A stretch of 64,000 bases of DNA from Azolla caroliniana. Taxonomy: Eukaryota; Plantae; Polypodiophyta. How positions within the stretch are numbered: the first letter of the stretch is position 1; every line of letters begins with the position of its first letter. The notes beneath the pieces are model-generated. The model was not told where the DNA came from. It searched no databases and saw only the letters and a program-made list of their open reading frames with translations. The position numbers and the translations under genes are program-made. The stretch is from assembly GCA_043228905.1 (NCBI GenBank), contig JBHGNT010000021.1, positions 4,402,001-4,466,000 on the forward strand. The letters run 5' to 3'. Of this stretch, positions 1-11,913 are shown piece by piece.

Positions 1-1098
1 ATATTCATTATATAGTAACTATTATTTTCATTGATTAGACACATATTGCAAGGTTTACTTGGGACTAATATAGTCCATATTTCATTCATATAGTGAGATG
101 GAACCGGGCTATGATGAAACACAAAAATGGGCACAATCTTGATTTTGATTCCCATAGCGGAGCACAAAAATAGAGAATGGTGCTATTACGAATTTAAGAT
201 GTAAAACGTATATGAAGGTTTCTTAAAATACCAGCATGCAACAAACATGCAACGGGGTTGCTCATGCAACAAACTACAGCTGACAACAGAAAATTACACA
301 ACATTGAGATTGATAAATCTTATTGCTAAGGCATGTTGTTTTCATTTGCTATTCCAAAGAAGAGAAAAAACTCAATATTCCCTGGATGGAGCTGTATGAC
401 GTGAGAGTGTCACGTACGGTTGTTTGAGAAGGGTGCGGATACACATTTTGGGCTAAGGGCCAATTTATTTCATTGGAATTTGTAAATTAGGTTTCTACAT
501 GCAATCTCTCCATGTTCTTTAAAGAATGTGCTTATTATAAGTGAACTCACCAAGTGGTCATAGCAACAATTGGGATGAGGTAAAAGAAAATCTCTTAGAA
601 AAAACGATCTCATCTCACTTGGGGGCCACAACCAACTATAATCTAGTAGCATTATGAAAGAAACAGAAACTGTTGTAAAGTTTGAGCCTCATGTACCATA
701 AATTTGCTATATAAAAGCAGAAATGGATAACACACAGATATGTAGTTTTCCCATAACAAAACGAGAATTTTGATTGATTGGATTCTCTAAACTTCCTTAA
801 TTGTAATGAAGATCTAAATTCTTGAAGACAATGTTTCAGAAAACTTAAAAAATGATGCATTAAAATACATAAGGTGAGGTAAAATTGAGACCGATTTTCA
901 AAATCTTTCAGCATAAGTCTATTCAATATCACTGGGGTAGAACAAACAGATTGTTAAAAATGTTAGTTGTTTTAAAGTACAGTGGGCAAATTCACTTGCT
1001 TGGGTCCATCAAAATTCTTATCGATGTTGATTTTGGCAAAACAAGATCATATCTTGACTCTGCCATTTCATTGTTTTTTACAATAGTTTTGATGAAAT

Positions 1099-3633
1099 TC
1101 AAAACACTTCTTGGTACGGTTGCTGTTCATATAAGGCATTATTTTCAACATATGCGTCATACCCTGATTCTAGCATCTCCACAACCTCATTCATTTTTAG
1201 AACACCGGCACTACAAAGGCTTTCAACCTCCCCTAAAACCATAACTTGGTTATCCAATGCTCTACTAGTAGAAACATCATCTGAATCAACTTCTAAGAAG
1301 AAGTGCCTTAAGTAGGTCAATAGCTTTGAAATCAATGTACCAAAATGCATCACACCAAGGCGTTGGTGGTTTTCTAGGTCCACATCTGTCAAGCTCCCTT
1401 CACTTGGGATCGAATCAACAACTATCATTGGCTCATGCTTCTCGTCAAGCAATATGCTTTCAGGTGTGGTCACAAACGTAAGATCTTGCTCATGAAGGTA
1501 CTGAAGACCACATGCTACCCCTAAAACTATCTTATAACAACTGGTTATATCCAATAATGGCTTTTCGAATGTATATGTCCCTTCTTCCAACAGTGCATCT
1601 AGTGACCCTTGAATTGACACCTTTTCGTCGTATACAAACCAACATTTGGGACCATTTAGTGAGACAGCTCGAAGGGAAATGATGTTCCCATGGCGAAGCT
1701 GGAGAAGTTGAGAGACTTTTGTCCACAATTGTCTCATGTTGGTGCTATCACGAGTGCTTTGGACTAGCACCCTGGTACCGTCAGAGAGCACACCATGGTA
1801 CATAGAAAACATTGTAATATTATTGGCCTTATTCGAAAACCTTGTAGTTGCTGCTGAGAGTTCTATATAGGAGATCATGGGAGCTGAAAGGGAATATTCC
1901 TTTAGCATGGCAGTGTCCAAGGATCGATCTGAAGCCCTTGTTTTCATTATCAACACTTTGAAAAGCCTCAAACTCATATTAATCATTGCAAATGAGGGAC
2001 GTGAAGATGGATCTGTAGACCAACAGTTCGTCAAGAGCTCTCTAAATATAAGAGGACAATGTGAAGGCAAATTAGGCCTCTCTCCTTCTTCAACCATTTT
2101 CTTTAGAATGGTACTTGACGTTATACCTTTGAATGGTTCCTCCCCAGTAAGGCTATACGCAAAGCACATAGCAAAGCTATAGACATCTGACTCAAATGAA
2201 TAATTTGGGTGATCAGTCACAGTCTCAGGCCATACTTCAGGTGCTATATAATGCAAGTTTTTCATACGAAAACTATCCAGAATGAGCCTTCGAGGGGAAA
2301 AATTTGAGAGCTTTACCCGGCCATAGCCCTTTTCCATCAATTCTGGGCTTGAGCTTAAAGGCTCGATTAATATATTAGCTGGGCAGAGGTCACCATGCAC
2401 TAACTTATTGGCATGCAAATGCTCCATAGCTCTAGAGAGTTGTAGCATCAAGTCCACCACAACTGGCATGTGAAGAGTTCTTTTCAAAGTTCTTTTCTCC
2501 GCCACGAGTGTTTCAAGGTTACTACTCACAAACTCTTGAATGAGATAGCATGTGTGGTCTATCATGTTTATTGACCACCCATATAATGGAATAACAAAAG
2601 GGCATTGGGCTGCAATGAGTAAATCCACTTCATAATTAAATGCTTCTTTCGATATGTAATAATCAAACTCCTTCAAAGCGACCTTGATCCCAAGCCAAGA
2701 TGCTTCATAAAAAGAATTGTAATCACCTCCACTGATTCTACGGCATCGAGAAGGAAAAACTAAATCCTCTAAGTTTATTTGCATGCTCTCTGGAGGCCTT
2801 TTGGCATATAACGAAGAAATGGCTTCCACGCTTGAATGGTCTTTCCGCTTCTGAAGAAGAAACTGAACCATCTCATACTTAACCTTGTCAGGAAAATTCA
2901 TCACTCTCTTTCTCACAAAATTCATCTCATCATACTTTTGCTTGAGCTTGGACAAATTCAGAATAAGTTGCTTATAATCTTCTTCTTCACATTGGATGAT
3001 ATCGGAATCCTCAGAAGAAAGTATAGCCATTTCAGCATAACCTTTAGCGATATCCAGCCGAGTGAATTGTGATCGAGATTCTAAATTAACCCCTCGAACA
3101 GTATGAAGAGTGAGGTTCAATCCCACTATGCACCACATGAGGTCATGGACATGGACATCTTTGGCCTCTCTTACATTAGCAAGGACGATGCTCGATTTCC
3201 ACCAATCCACATCACCACATGTTTCAAGGTATTTCTGGGCTTCTTTCACCACTCTATAGAGCTCTTCAATGGCGTAAGGAGTACTTCTCAACTCCTCAAT
3301 AATGGCTGTAACACTATATTCATCACTCAAAGTTGCAGAAGAGGATTTGTTCTTCCGACTAGACCACAATTTCAAGACCCTGTTATCAGAAAAAACCGAG
3401 AAAGAATTCCACCCTCTAAAAGAAGCATTTCCTGTTGATGATGCTGATGCTGTTGAAGATGGAGATGTATTATTACAAGAAAGACGGCGCAGAATAGTGC
3501 CGAAAAACCTCTCCAATGTAGAAACAAAATAAGCAGAGACAGCTTGGCATTGTGAATGATGCAATGTGTAGGCCCCGTTTTCATCGAAAGGAAACTCTAT
3601 TAAGAGATCTCTTAGCTGAGACAAGAATCCCAT
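1099..3633 (-). CDS. Plant MLKL-like protein (N-terminal four-helix/HeLo-like bundle + brace + pseudokinase) with an extra C-terminal RLK/Pelle-derived pseudokinase; 844 aa, intronless CDS
   Basis: N-terminal motifs HHSQCQAV...IEELYRVVKEAQKYLETCGDVDWWKSSIVL...DVHVHDL...EEDYKQL resemble plant MLKL N-termini (recalled pattern NxRQCxLL...ELYRVFKEGExYxxxCxxxxDWW...HIHNL...EDRWxL). Kinase 1: VALK, HGDLCPANIL, DFG->NFS, YIAPE, SDVYSF. Kinase 2: ISYIELSAATTRFS, YHGVLSDGTRVLVQ, LRHGNII, GLQYLHE; no HRD or DFG. Confidence 0.85.
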   Translation of the reverse strand: MGFLSQLRDLLIEFPFDENGAYTLHHSQCQAVSAYFVSTLERFFGTILRRLSCNNTSPSSTASASSTGNASFRGWNSFSVFSDNRVLKLWSSRKNKSSSATLSDEYSVTAIIEELRSTPYAIEELYRVVKEAQKYLETCGDVDWWKSSIVLANVREAKDVHVHDLMWCIVGLNLTLHTVRGVNLESRSQFTRLDIAKGYAEMAILSSEDSDIIQCEEEDYKQLILNLSKLKQKYDEMNFVRKRVMNFPDKVKYEMVQFLLQKRKDHSSVEAISSLYAKRPPESMQINLEDLVFPSRCRRISGGDYNSFYEASWLGIKVALKEFDYYISKEAFNYEVDLLIAAQCPFVIPLYGWSINMIDHTCYLIQEFVSSNLETLVAEKRTLKRTLHMPVVVDLMLQLSRAMEHLHANKLVHGDLCPANILIEPLSSSPELMEKGYGRVKLSNFSPRRLILDSFRMKNLHYIAPEVWPETVTDHPNYSFESDVYSFAMCFAYSLTGEEPFKGITSSTILKKMVEEGERPNLPSHCPLIFRELLTNCWSTDPSSRPSFAMINMSLRLFKVLIMKTRASDRSLDTAMLKEYSLSAPMISYIELSAATTRFSNKANNITMFSMYHGVLSDGTRVLVQSTRDSTNMRQLWTKVSQLLQLRHGNIISLRAVSLNGPKCWFVYDEKVSIQGSLDALLEEGTYTFEKPLLDITSCYKIVLGVACGLQYLHEQDLTFVTTPESILLDEKHEPMIVVDSIPSEGSLTDVDLENHQRLGVMHFGTLISKLLTYLRHFFLEVDSDDVSTSRALDNQVMVLGEVESLCSAGVLKMNEVVEMLESGYDAYVENNALYEQQPYQEVF

Positions 3634-3698
3634 ATGATTGTTAGCTCTTCAAGCTCACAAACATATGAGCAAACTCTATGAGAAATTTTTTGTGTTTA

Positions 3699-4097
3699 CT
3701 GTAGAGAATACAGATAAACTTATGGCTCTTAAGAGCAATTGAAGCCACATTCTATGCAGAAAAAAGTCATTTCACTATAACGTATACAGTAGTTCCTAAA
3801 GATCTTCACGCTCAAAAAAAAGGGCAGATCCTATGCGAATAAAAGAAAACTTTTCTTTTAACCACGAAGCATAGATCAAGTTCTGCTTTTTCATGATCAA
3901 ACATTTCTATATATTACTTTGGCAGTTCATCCATGTTCCTTCTGACCACTGCTTGAATTAAGTTTTCGGTCATAATCAAAAATGAAGAAACAAGAACGCT
4001 TGATGGTGTTGAAAGGGATGAAACAAAGAGAAAGTAGGGTAAAAATTAAGGGGTTTCCAGTAGTTTTGTAAGGACAGAAAGAATGGTGATTCTTACC
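3699..4097 (-). other. Probable 5'-UTR intron of the MLKL-like gene
   Basis: Minus-strand GTAAG donor near 4097 and CTACAG acceptor near 3699, with a GA/CT microsatellite-rich leader at about 4100-4200. Confidence 0.4.
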
Positions 4098-5515
4098 AAT
4101 ATTGTGGGCAAAGAAGTGGAAGAGAAAACAGAGAGAGATCCACAAGAAGACGAAGGAGCCCTCTGTCTCTGTCTCTGTCTCTGTCTCTGTGAACCTTCTT
4201 CTTCAAACAATAGGCAATTGAGTTGTTGTTTCTTTGACAGAGTCTGGTGCTCCTAACAAAAGAAGGGCCTTCCTTCCTTATCTTATATTTCCTCTGAAAA
4301 CAACCCACATATTGGTAACAACTAACTACAAGGCAAAATATGCTCCTTGGGTCATAGGACCAGCGTTTGCCGGCCCCCTCAAGGATGTCCGGTGGAGACT
4401 TCGAGCCTTGCATTCCACTCGCAGGTGGCCCTTCAATGACCCACCATCGGCCCCACCTCAATTCGGTTACAGTATAATTGTTCACATTCTCGGATTTGAA
4501 AGTCCCACCGATCTGCCATCGAGGTCAAACCCGAGTACATAAAGAATGGATGCGGGATCGAATCATTCCAGTTGGTCTATGGACGAGAATATCGGGCGCT
4601 TGCATTTTCGAGGTTGAAAGTCAAACATGCGTGCCGTTAGAGTACAAACTAAAGCACAGAACTCCCCACATGTTAGGGCATATGGTCATGAATGAATGTT
4701 GGATCCAATTGTTTACCACTGCATGGATCTCTCGAGGTGTTTGGCAAAGGATAGTTGTTGATAGATTTTTGTTCTGCCGTATATAAGTTTAGCAAGAGAG
4801 ACGTACACTCTGGACATGATATTGAACAATATAACCTCTTCCTCAAACCTTGCAATTTGACTTTAGTGTCCATGACCAAAGCAAACACGTGGATGTTAAT
4901 TTGTGTCTTTGGTTGACTTAGCCAAATAACCTACTGGCCCTAAAGTCTTTTGAACATAAGTTGAAGAAGCCCAAAAGAAATATAATAATTGCTCATGTCA
5001 AACTTAGGTAGTCACATAGTCACACATCTTCAAAGATGCGAAGCCAACAATTTCACAAACTAGAAAGGTGATACAACACAGCTTCCCCTCAAAAGGTCAA
5101 AATTTGCATTCAATGCTATTTTAGGAGATTTATAAGGTATCATCAATTTTGTACACTACAAAAAAGGCAGCATTCAACTCCTGTAGCAGCTTGATAATCA
5201 TATCATGATTGGAGTTATTAATGCAAATGAATAAATAGCCAATGTGAAGGGATTGTTTTTGTGTGAAAACCTTGCCCATAATACATGTATCTATGAGAAT
5301 GTCTTTTATTTTAAATTTTGATTAGCAAAGCATGGTGGGAAACATCAATTTGAGGTAAAAATCCATAAAAAAAGGTACAAACTTTGTAGGCTACTTCCCA
5401 AATACTAACTGATTTTCATCCACCCAATTGTCTAAAGTTCAAAGTATGTAACCACATGGAACAAAAAGGGCATTGTGCACAATTGATTAGAAAATGGGCT
5501 AACCATTTGAAAGGA

Positions 5516-5885
5516 TTTCCCAAAGAGAGTGTTTGATAAATTGAGTTGAAGATTGCCTTTCAATTTACAAATTGAAGTTCTTGTTGGTGGATAGGTTCAT
5601 CGCAAGTAAATCATTGTTTAGGAGCCTCCATGATATCCAACACAAATACAACTATTGTGAATAGCATTCATAAAACCATCATACTAGTCTATGAGAAGTA
5701 TTTCCCAAAGAGAGTGTTTGATAAATTGAGTTGAAGATTGCCTTTCAATTTACAAATTGAAGTTCTTGTTGGTGGATAGGTTCATCGCAAGTAAATCATT
5801 GTTTAGGAGCCTCCATGATATCCGACACAAATACAACTATTGTGAATAGCATTCATAAAACCATCATACTAGTCTATGAGAAGTA
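5516..5885. repeat. Tandem duplication, 2 x 185 bp
   Basis: 5516-5700 is repeated at 5701-5885; one substitution seen (ccaac/ccgac). Confidence 0.95.
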
Positions 5886-8833
5886 GTGGAGCTATCCTCC
5901 CAGCTATGGAGGTTCTTATGGAAATAAAAACCACATTCAATTGAATTACTTTTGCACATTTAATGTGAAATCATTACCCAATTCAAACGAAGCGTCAAAA
6001 TTCTCTCCAATTTTCCTAGTTTTACAACCTCCATGCCATCTGAAGACAACATCAAGAACAATGCATGTGGCTTGACACGACCAGGAAGCATCTAAAATTA
6101 AGTGATATTGCATGTTATTTGCTTCATTGATTCTTGAATTACCATATAGAATTACATTATCACCATGGTCGTGCCCATGAAGGTCTATGATATGCATCCA
6201 CAAGCTACTTAAGAGTAGCTTTAATCGTTTAGTTATTGCTGATTTCTCAAGCTACTTTTTTTGCTCATAAGATGCATTTGCAGGAAAAGTAACCATCGCA
6301 CTTGATCTTGACTAATAATGGTCCATTCCAAAGTGATGTGGCCACATGATAAACACGATAATAAAATTATACTCTTGTTTTTAATCATATATATGGATAT
6401 TTAAAGCAGCTTCTTGAATAGTTTCTAAGCTTGCGAGTCTGGTTTGATAATTACGGTATTCTACCCTCAAGATCCTCCTCATAGGTCCTCAATATGGGAC
6501 AATAGTAAAGCTGACACAATACATATACCATTTTAACATGTAATTGACTTATCCATAATATCTTAATAGTTAGCAACCTGGCATTGAAAACTGATTTCTG
6601 AGTCGATGCTCACAAAACAATGTACACAACAAAACATGAATGGCATAAGCATCGTTAGATTCACATAACTTGAGCCAGAATAAGCCACTTGCCAAACCAA
6701 GGAGTTACTGTCTTGTTTAGCACAATGATGATTTTTTAATTACCGAGGAAACGGGATTATTTGTATTGTGACACAAGAGTAGGAGGTAAAAGCTCATCAT
6801 CCAGCTGCAGAAAAAGAAAGAAAGATTATGATAAGTGCATCCCTTCATGTGTAAAAACATTGGTCTAAGTCTGTTTTCCACACTATGAAGAATGTAAAAC
6901 ATGTACAAACATTCTTGGGAGTAACACACTTCACAGACAATAATTTCAGCATAAAGATAGCATATGCAATCTTTCAAGAGTTCAACTCTATTACTTGACC
7001 ACAAATTTGCTTCTTTCGGCATGGTTGATTGAAGAAAAGCATATTCAAAATTTACGTAACTGGAACACAAAACCTCAGGGCAAATGTTAAAAAGTGCTAG
7101 GATGGAGCAGGAATGCCCCTTCTTACAAACTGTGAGAAAATTGGAAACATAAAATTGCAAGAAAACTAAACTAAAAAGAAGTAAACTTTTTTATTAGAAA
7201 AATGGAAAACCTTGGTTTCCTGATTCCCATATATATCATTTTTCTGTTTCCCACACCATTTTTAAGAAGGTGAACAAACTGAATCACCAACTGATAGGAT
7301 AACTGTGGCAGAACAATGGATGAAGATCACATGGATATAAAAATGTCCTCAACTGGCATATTTTAGGGAGTCATGGGACACCCAGGGGTATTAGAGATGT
7401 GGAAGGACCAATGCAACAACGGACAAAATGCAAATTGCACACGAAACAAAAGAATCATCAGTCTGTTTCCCAGATAAATGGATTTATATAGCAAAGTAAA
7501 GAGCAAGGCATTGCGACCTCACAGGTGAGAGAACATAAGGGCATTATGTTGAATGCCCAAGAGTGGTATCACATGATCATAAAATAATGAGGCCTAGGTC
7601 CCTATTTATAGGATTACCTAGCATGCACCATGCGTTCACACACTGCTAGTGCCCATTTGCATGTCTAGGAATGTAACATTATGTCTTCCCATTTGACACA
7701 ACTAAATGTGTCGTTGAAACTAAACTTTTGAAAAACGGCGGAACACATACATAGCTTCACAATTACACACAATAATGATATGTCAACGTCAAATTTCCTC
7801 AAAGCTTGGACCCCCACAACACTTTTTTTAATTCATTAAAGATGATTCCAAGTGTTCTAGACAAATATACACCACGAATACAACCACATGAATTATTTGC
7901 ACACTTTGCAGCATAACTCCCACATGCACATTCTCCAATGCAGAAGTATGTGAAGCAATCCAAATGTGTCCAGTGGCTTTACAGACCCCCACGTGAAATG
8001 AGATTTGTTGGTTTAGGTAGGTGTGGTGAAATGAGATGATGTGAGTTCAGTCTTAGAATATAGAAAGGAAACCAACAAATAGAGAAAATCTGTACATTTC
8101 TCAAAAATGGTTTCTTATACAAACTCTTATTGGCAAGCCCCTTTACATGAATAATGTACTATTCACTTATCCCATGTGATAAAAATAAATGGAATCAAAC
8201 GTGAGTGTAGGGCATGTTTACCTTGATTGTGGGCAATTTATTTCACAGCTTAGAATTCCTAGAATGTAAAGAATATGCTCATTAGAGATGTTAACGATCA
8301 TTTTACAACTTGACGCTAGGAACTATTTCACATGGAACAGATTAAACATTATGCATTGAGGCCATAATAAAGTTTTATATAACAGTCAAGACACACATTG
8401 AAGCTTCTCCCATCGACTGATGTCAAGATGATACTGTAAGCCCAACTGCTGAACATTATGTGCCTATCTATTGAAAGCAAAAATAGTTGTCTCTAGGTCA
8501 TTCTAGTATGGTTTACTGGCCCATGGTGATAGTTGTAATCCATGTTGAAAGTTTGTCCAAAGCCATGTAAATAATGCATCTCTGGTCATGTTAGAGCAAT
8601 ACAAACGATCTAAGAAAGAGGACCAAAGTGGAACTAAGGAAGGATGTGGTAAGGCCATCCGAAGTTGTGGAATAGAACAGAGGTTTTTGAAAGTTTTTTG
8701 AATTCAAATGGCTACAGCAAATTGAAAAACCTTGCAATCAAATATACATGAATGGCTAATGCATAATCTCCTGGGAAGTGGATCCCCCAGCATACTACTG
8801 ATTTTAAAGCATACATACAAACATAAAATTTAG

Positions 8834-10404
8834 TCATAGAACCTGCAGCAAATGTAGCATTTCAGACAAGGTCAACATGCCATGACATATCAATCTAATA
8901 GTCGAATACTTGAAACTCACCATGTGAACTCCAAGCTCATTTTCATCCCCTTTCAGTATCCAGCCAGAGTCCTCTATGATGCAACATATCTTATCAAATG
9001 CCTTCTTGTAGCCACCTTTCAAGTTTTTAACTTCAGGTGAGATCTGAACCAGAAGACCTATAAATTATAACTCCACCTATGTAATAAGAACACCATATCT
9101 CTACATGAATATTATCAAATTATTTCAACTGTCTAACCCCTAAATGGTACATATAACATGAGAATAACAATAATGAAATTGAGATTACCCTATAAACCCT
9201 AGCCACCTTTCAAGTTTTTAACTTCAGGTGAGATCTGAACCAGAAGACCTATAAATTATAACTCCACCTATGTAATAAGAACACCATATCTCTACATGAA
9301 TATTATCAAATTATTTCAACTGTCTAACCCCTAAATGGTACATATAACATGAGAATAACAATAATGAAATTGAGATTACCCTATGATCCAGCATGTCTCT
9401 GATGGTAAGAACAAAACGAAGAGCATCTTCTTCTCTTTCTCTCCTAAAATACATTTCGAGCTCATAAACAGTATCTAGTACATTTTCCATGTGCTTCATG
9501 TCATCAGACAGCATTGCCTTCACTGCATCCGTGGAAAGCTGCATACCATTTCTGTCAGTTACAAAATGCATATATATACATGTATGATGCATGCCCTGAT
9601 TATGTACTGGAATTTTCAGTGCAGAAAGTTATTCCTTTCTCTATGAGGAGAAAATCTTATTTCTGGGCTAAATTTCCTTGAATTGTGTGAAGAAATTTAT
9701 TTTTTATCTGTGAAGAGAACCCCATTTCCTGAGCTGAAAGGCTTTGTTACTCCGTAGGCGATGTCTTATTTCCGTATAGAAAGTCCCTTATTTTGTTCTG
9801 AAATCCTTACTTCTGGCCCACGAATGAATGCTTTATTTCTGTGAGAAAAAGGCATTACTCTCTTTGAAGAAATTGCCTCATTTCGGTAGCCTAAGGCTCA
9901 CCTTTCTGTGAATAAAAATGTCTTCTCTTGGAGAGAAAATCATAAATTTGTTAGTTAGGAAATGCCTGGTTGCGGTTAAGGAAAGGTCATATTTGTGGGC
10001 GGAAAGTGCCGTGTCTATCATATATCAAGAGAAGTGCCCTACCTCTGAGTGGAAAGAAACCATTATCCCCATGCTTTACACGTTCCATGCACTTTCTGTG
10101 AAGTAAGAGACAAAGAAGATGCGAGGGAATAGAGTCTGACCTGATTGATGCTTTCTCTGAATGCTTGATCCAAGGATTCATCGTACTGAGTCTGAGAAGG
10201 GTCTGTGGAGGGAGAAGAGATGGTTTGCTTTCTTTTGGCATGGGGGGCGTAGATCTGGCCATGGATTCTGTGCAGGAACGAAGCTTGAGAAGAAGAAGAA
10301 GAAGAAGAAGAAGAGCAGAAAGACGAGGAGAAGGCGCAGGAGGAGGAAAGAAACGGAAGCGATAACGGAAACGGGGAAACGGTGGAAGCAGAAACGGCTT
10401 TCAT
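8834..10404 (-). CDS. Uncharacterised, probably plastid-targeted protein of about 184 aa; exons 10404-10141, 9538-9380, 9043-8921, 8842-8834 (last exon uncertain)
   Basis: Ser-rich, acid-poor N-terminus MKAVSASTVSPF... resembles a transit peptide. GT-AG introns, all phase 0, give ...QAFRESINQ|LSTDAVKAML...IRDMLDHR|ISPEVKNLKGGYKKAFDKICCIIEDSGWIL...VHM|VL*. Confidence 0.7.
9009..9384. repeat. Tandem duplication, 2 x 185 bp, with a 6-bp AAACCC filler; it copies intron 2 and the adjacent exon edges
   Basis: 9009-9193 = 9200-9384; the junction reads CCCTAT-AAACCC-TAGCC. Confidence 0.95.
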
Positions 10405-10687
10405 GTTGAGAGCTAAGCCGTTTCTTGACAGACCTCCTTCTCTGATTTTGGAAGAAGTTTTTTTTTTTTGGTTTGTTTTTGTTTTGCTTGCTAATCAGAA
10501 AAAGAGAGTTAATGAGGATAAGAATTTCTTCCCAGAAGTTTAATCGTGAAGGGATTTGATGGATCCGAGGCGTTTTTGTTAAGATTGTGATTCGATCGGA
10601 CTTGTTATTCTTCTTGTCAATTGGATGGATGGATGGATGGATCCATAGTGTTTGTTAAGATTGCGATTCGATTCGATCTGTTATCTT

Positions 10688-10795
10688 GTTATCCTTCTGT
10701 TATTTGATTGGATCCTTCTTGTCCGCATCGATTGATCCATGGTGCCCGTTAAGATTGCAATTCGATTGGAACCAATCGAATAACAGAAGGATAAC
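10688..10795. repeat. 24-bp near-perfect inverted repeat (hairpin) in a GATTCGAT-rich tract
   Basis: GTTATCCTTCTGTTATTTGATTGG (10688-10711) pairs with CCAATCGAATAACAGAAGGATAAC (10772-10795), with one U-G pair. Confidence 0.8.
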
Positions 10796-11444
10796 GGATC
10801 CAATCGATTGGCACGACCCAAACTTGATGCGAAATGGAAGGGGGACGAGCCTTGCAGATGTAGAATATGGTGGTATGACTCAGTAAACCCATAATGGTTG
10901 CATCGCCTTCCTTCTTCCTAAAGATTGTACGGTCACTAAAGCGAATACACGAACCATTCTGAAGCCAAGTGAGGAAAGCATGGTCCAGAGTCTCAACATC
11001 ATAATGAAATAGAGAGCAGACAAGTGATGTCCTAACCACCATTCCCAATGTGGAATAGCGATGGTGGAAAGCAATTGGCAAAGACTCTTAGTAGTTCTTA
11101 CCATACTAAATGTGACTCAAGGCAAGCCCATAGACAATGTTTCTGTGATTCTTCTTACAATTATGATTATCCTTTTTAAATGGATAAATGAATGTGATGA
11201 TGGACATTATGATTACCCTTTTGATGGCGTCGGGTGTCAAAAGGAAAGGTAGAGCATGCAAGTAAACAAAAACGTAATACATGCAAAAATAAAAAAACAA
11301 CCACTTTTTTTATTTGAGAGAGAGACCCTCCAATCCTATAAAAAGAGGGAGAGGGCTCATTGTTTTAATGGGTGGTTACAGATAAGGCAGAAACGTTGCC
11401 AAATTTAATGGGTGTGCAAGAACAATGACAACAAAAGGTGACGT

Positions 11445-11913
11445 GGTCGTTAACAATCGACAATGGTTCGGTTTGACCAAACCGAACCAAACCGCAAAAC
11501 CGCGGGTTAACGACTTAATGGTTTCAACAGTTTGGTTCGGTTTCAACAGTAAAAAACCGTGTTTTAAACGGTTCAACGGTATTATATTTTATATTTTTAT
11601 TTTTTAAAAATTATAAAAAAAATCTAAAAATTAAAAAAAATGTTTTTAAACAATCTTTTCATTTTTAGAGCTTATTCTCACATTTTAAGAACATCTTAAA
11701 AAAATTTAAAATTTTTTAAAATGAAATACTATAAAATTTAAAATTTGACCTATGTTGAAAACCGAAACCGAACCACGAAACCACAGTTTTTACGGGTTTA
11801 TGGTTTGAAAAATGTTTAACGGTTTCGTGGTTCGGTTCAAGTTTCAAAAATTTTAAACGATTCAGTTTGGACCCTCTTGAGCTGAACCGAATTGTTGCTG
11901 ATTGTTAGTGGCC
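11445..11913. mobile_element. Probable MITE / non-autonomous DNA transposon
   Basis: Imperfect TIRs (GGTCGTTAACAATCGACAA vs the reverse complement of the right end, GGCCACTAACAATCAGCAA), subterminal AAACCG/CGGTTT arrays at both ends, AT-rich core. Confidence 0.55.

Noticed and set aside
4230-8600. Short ORFs and possible decayed DNA-transposon sequence between the first two genes
   Set aside because: I could not establish diagnostic motifs, termini or a consistent exon chain by eye.
9987-10262. MARSTPP... ORF as exon 1 of the plastid-protein gene
   Set aside because: It can splice in frame via the 9551 acceptor, but the upstream ATG at 10404 gives a transit-peptide-like leader and phase-0 junctions. 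Kept only as a less likely alternative.
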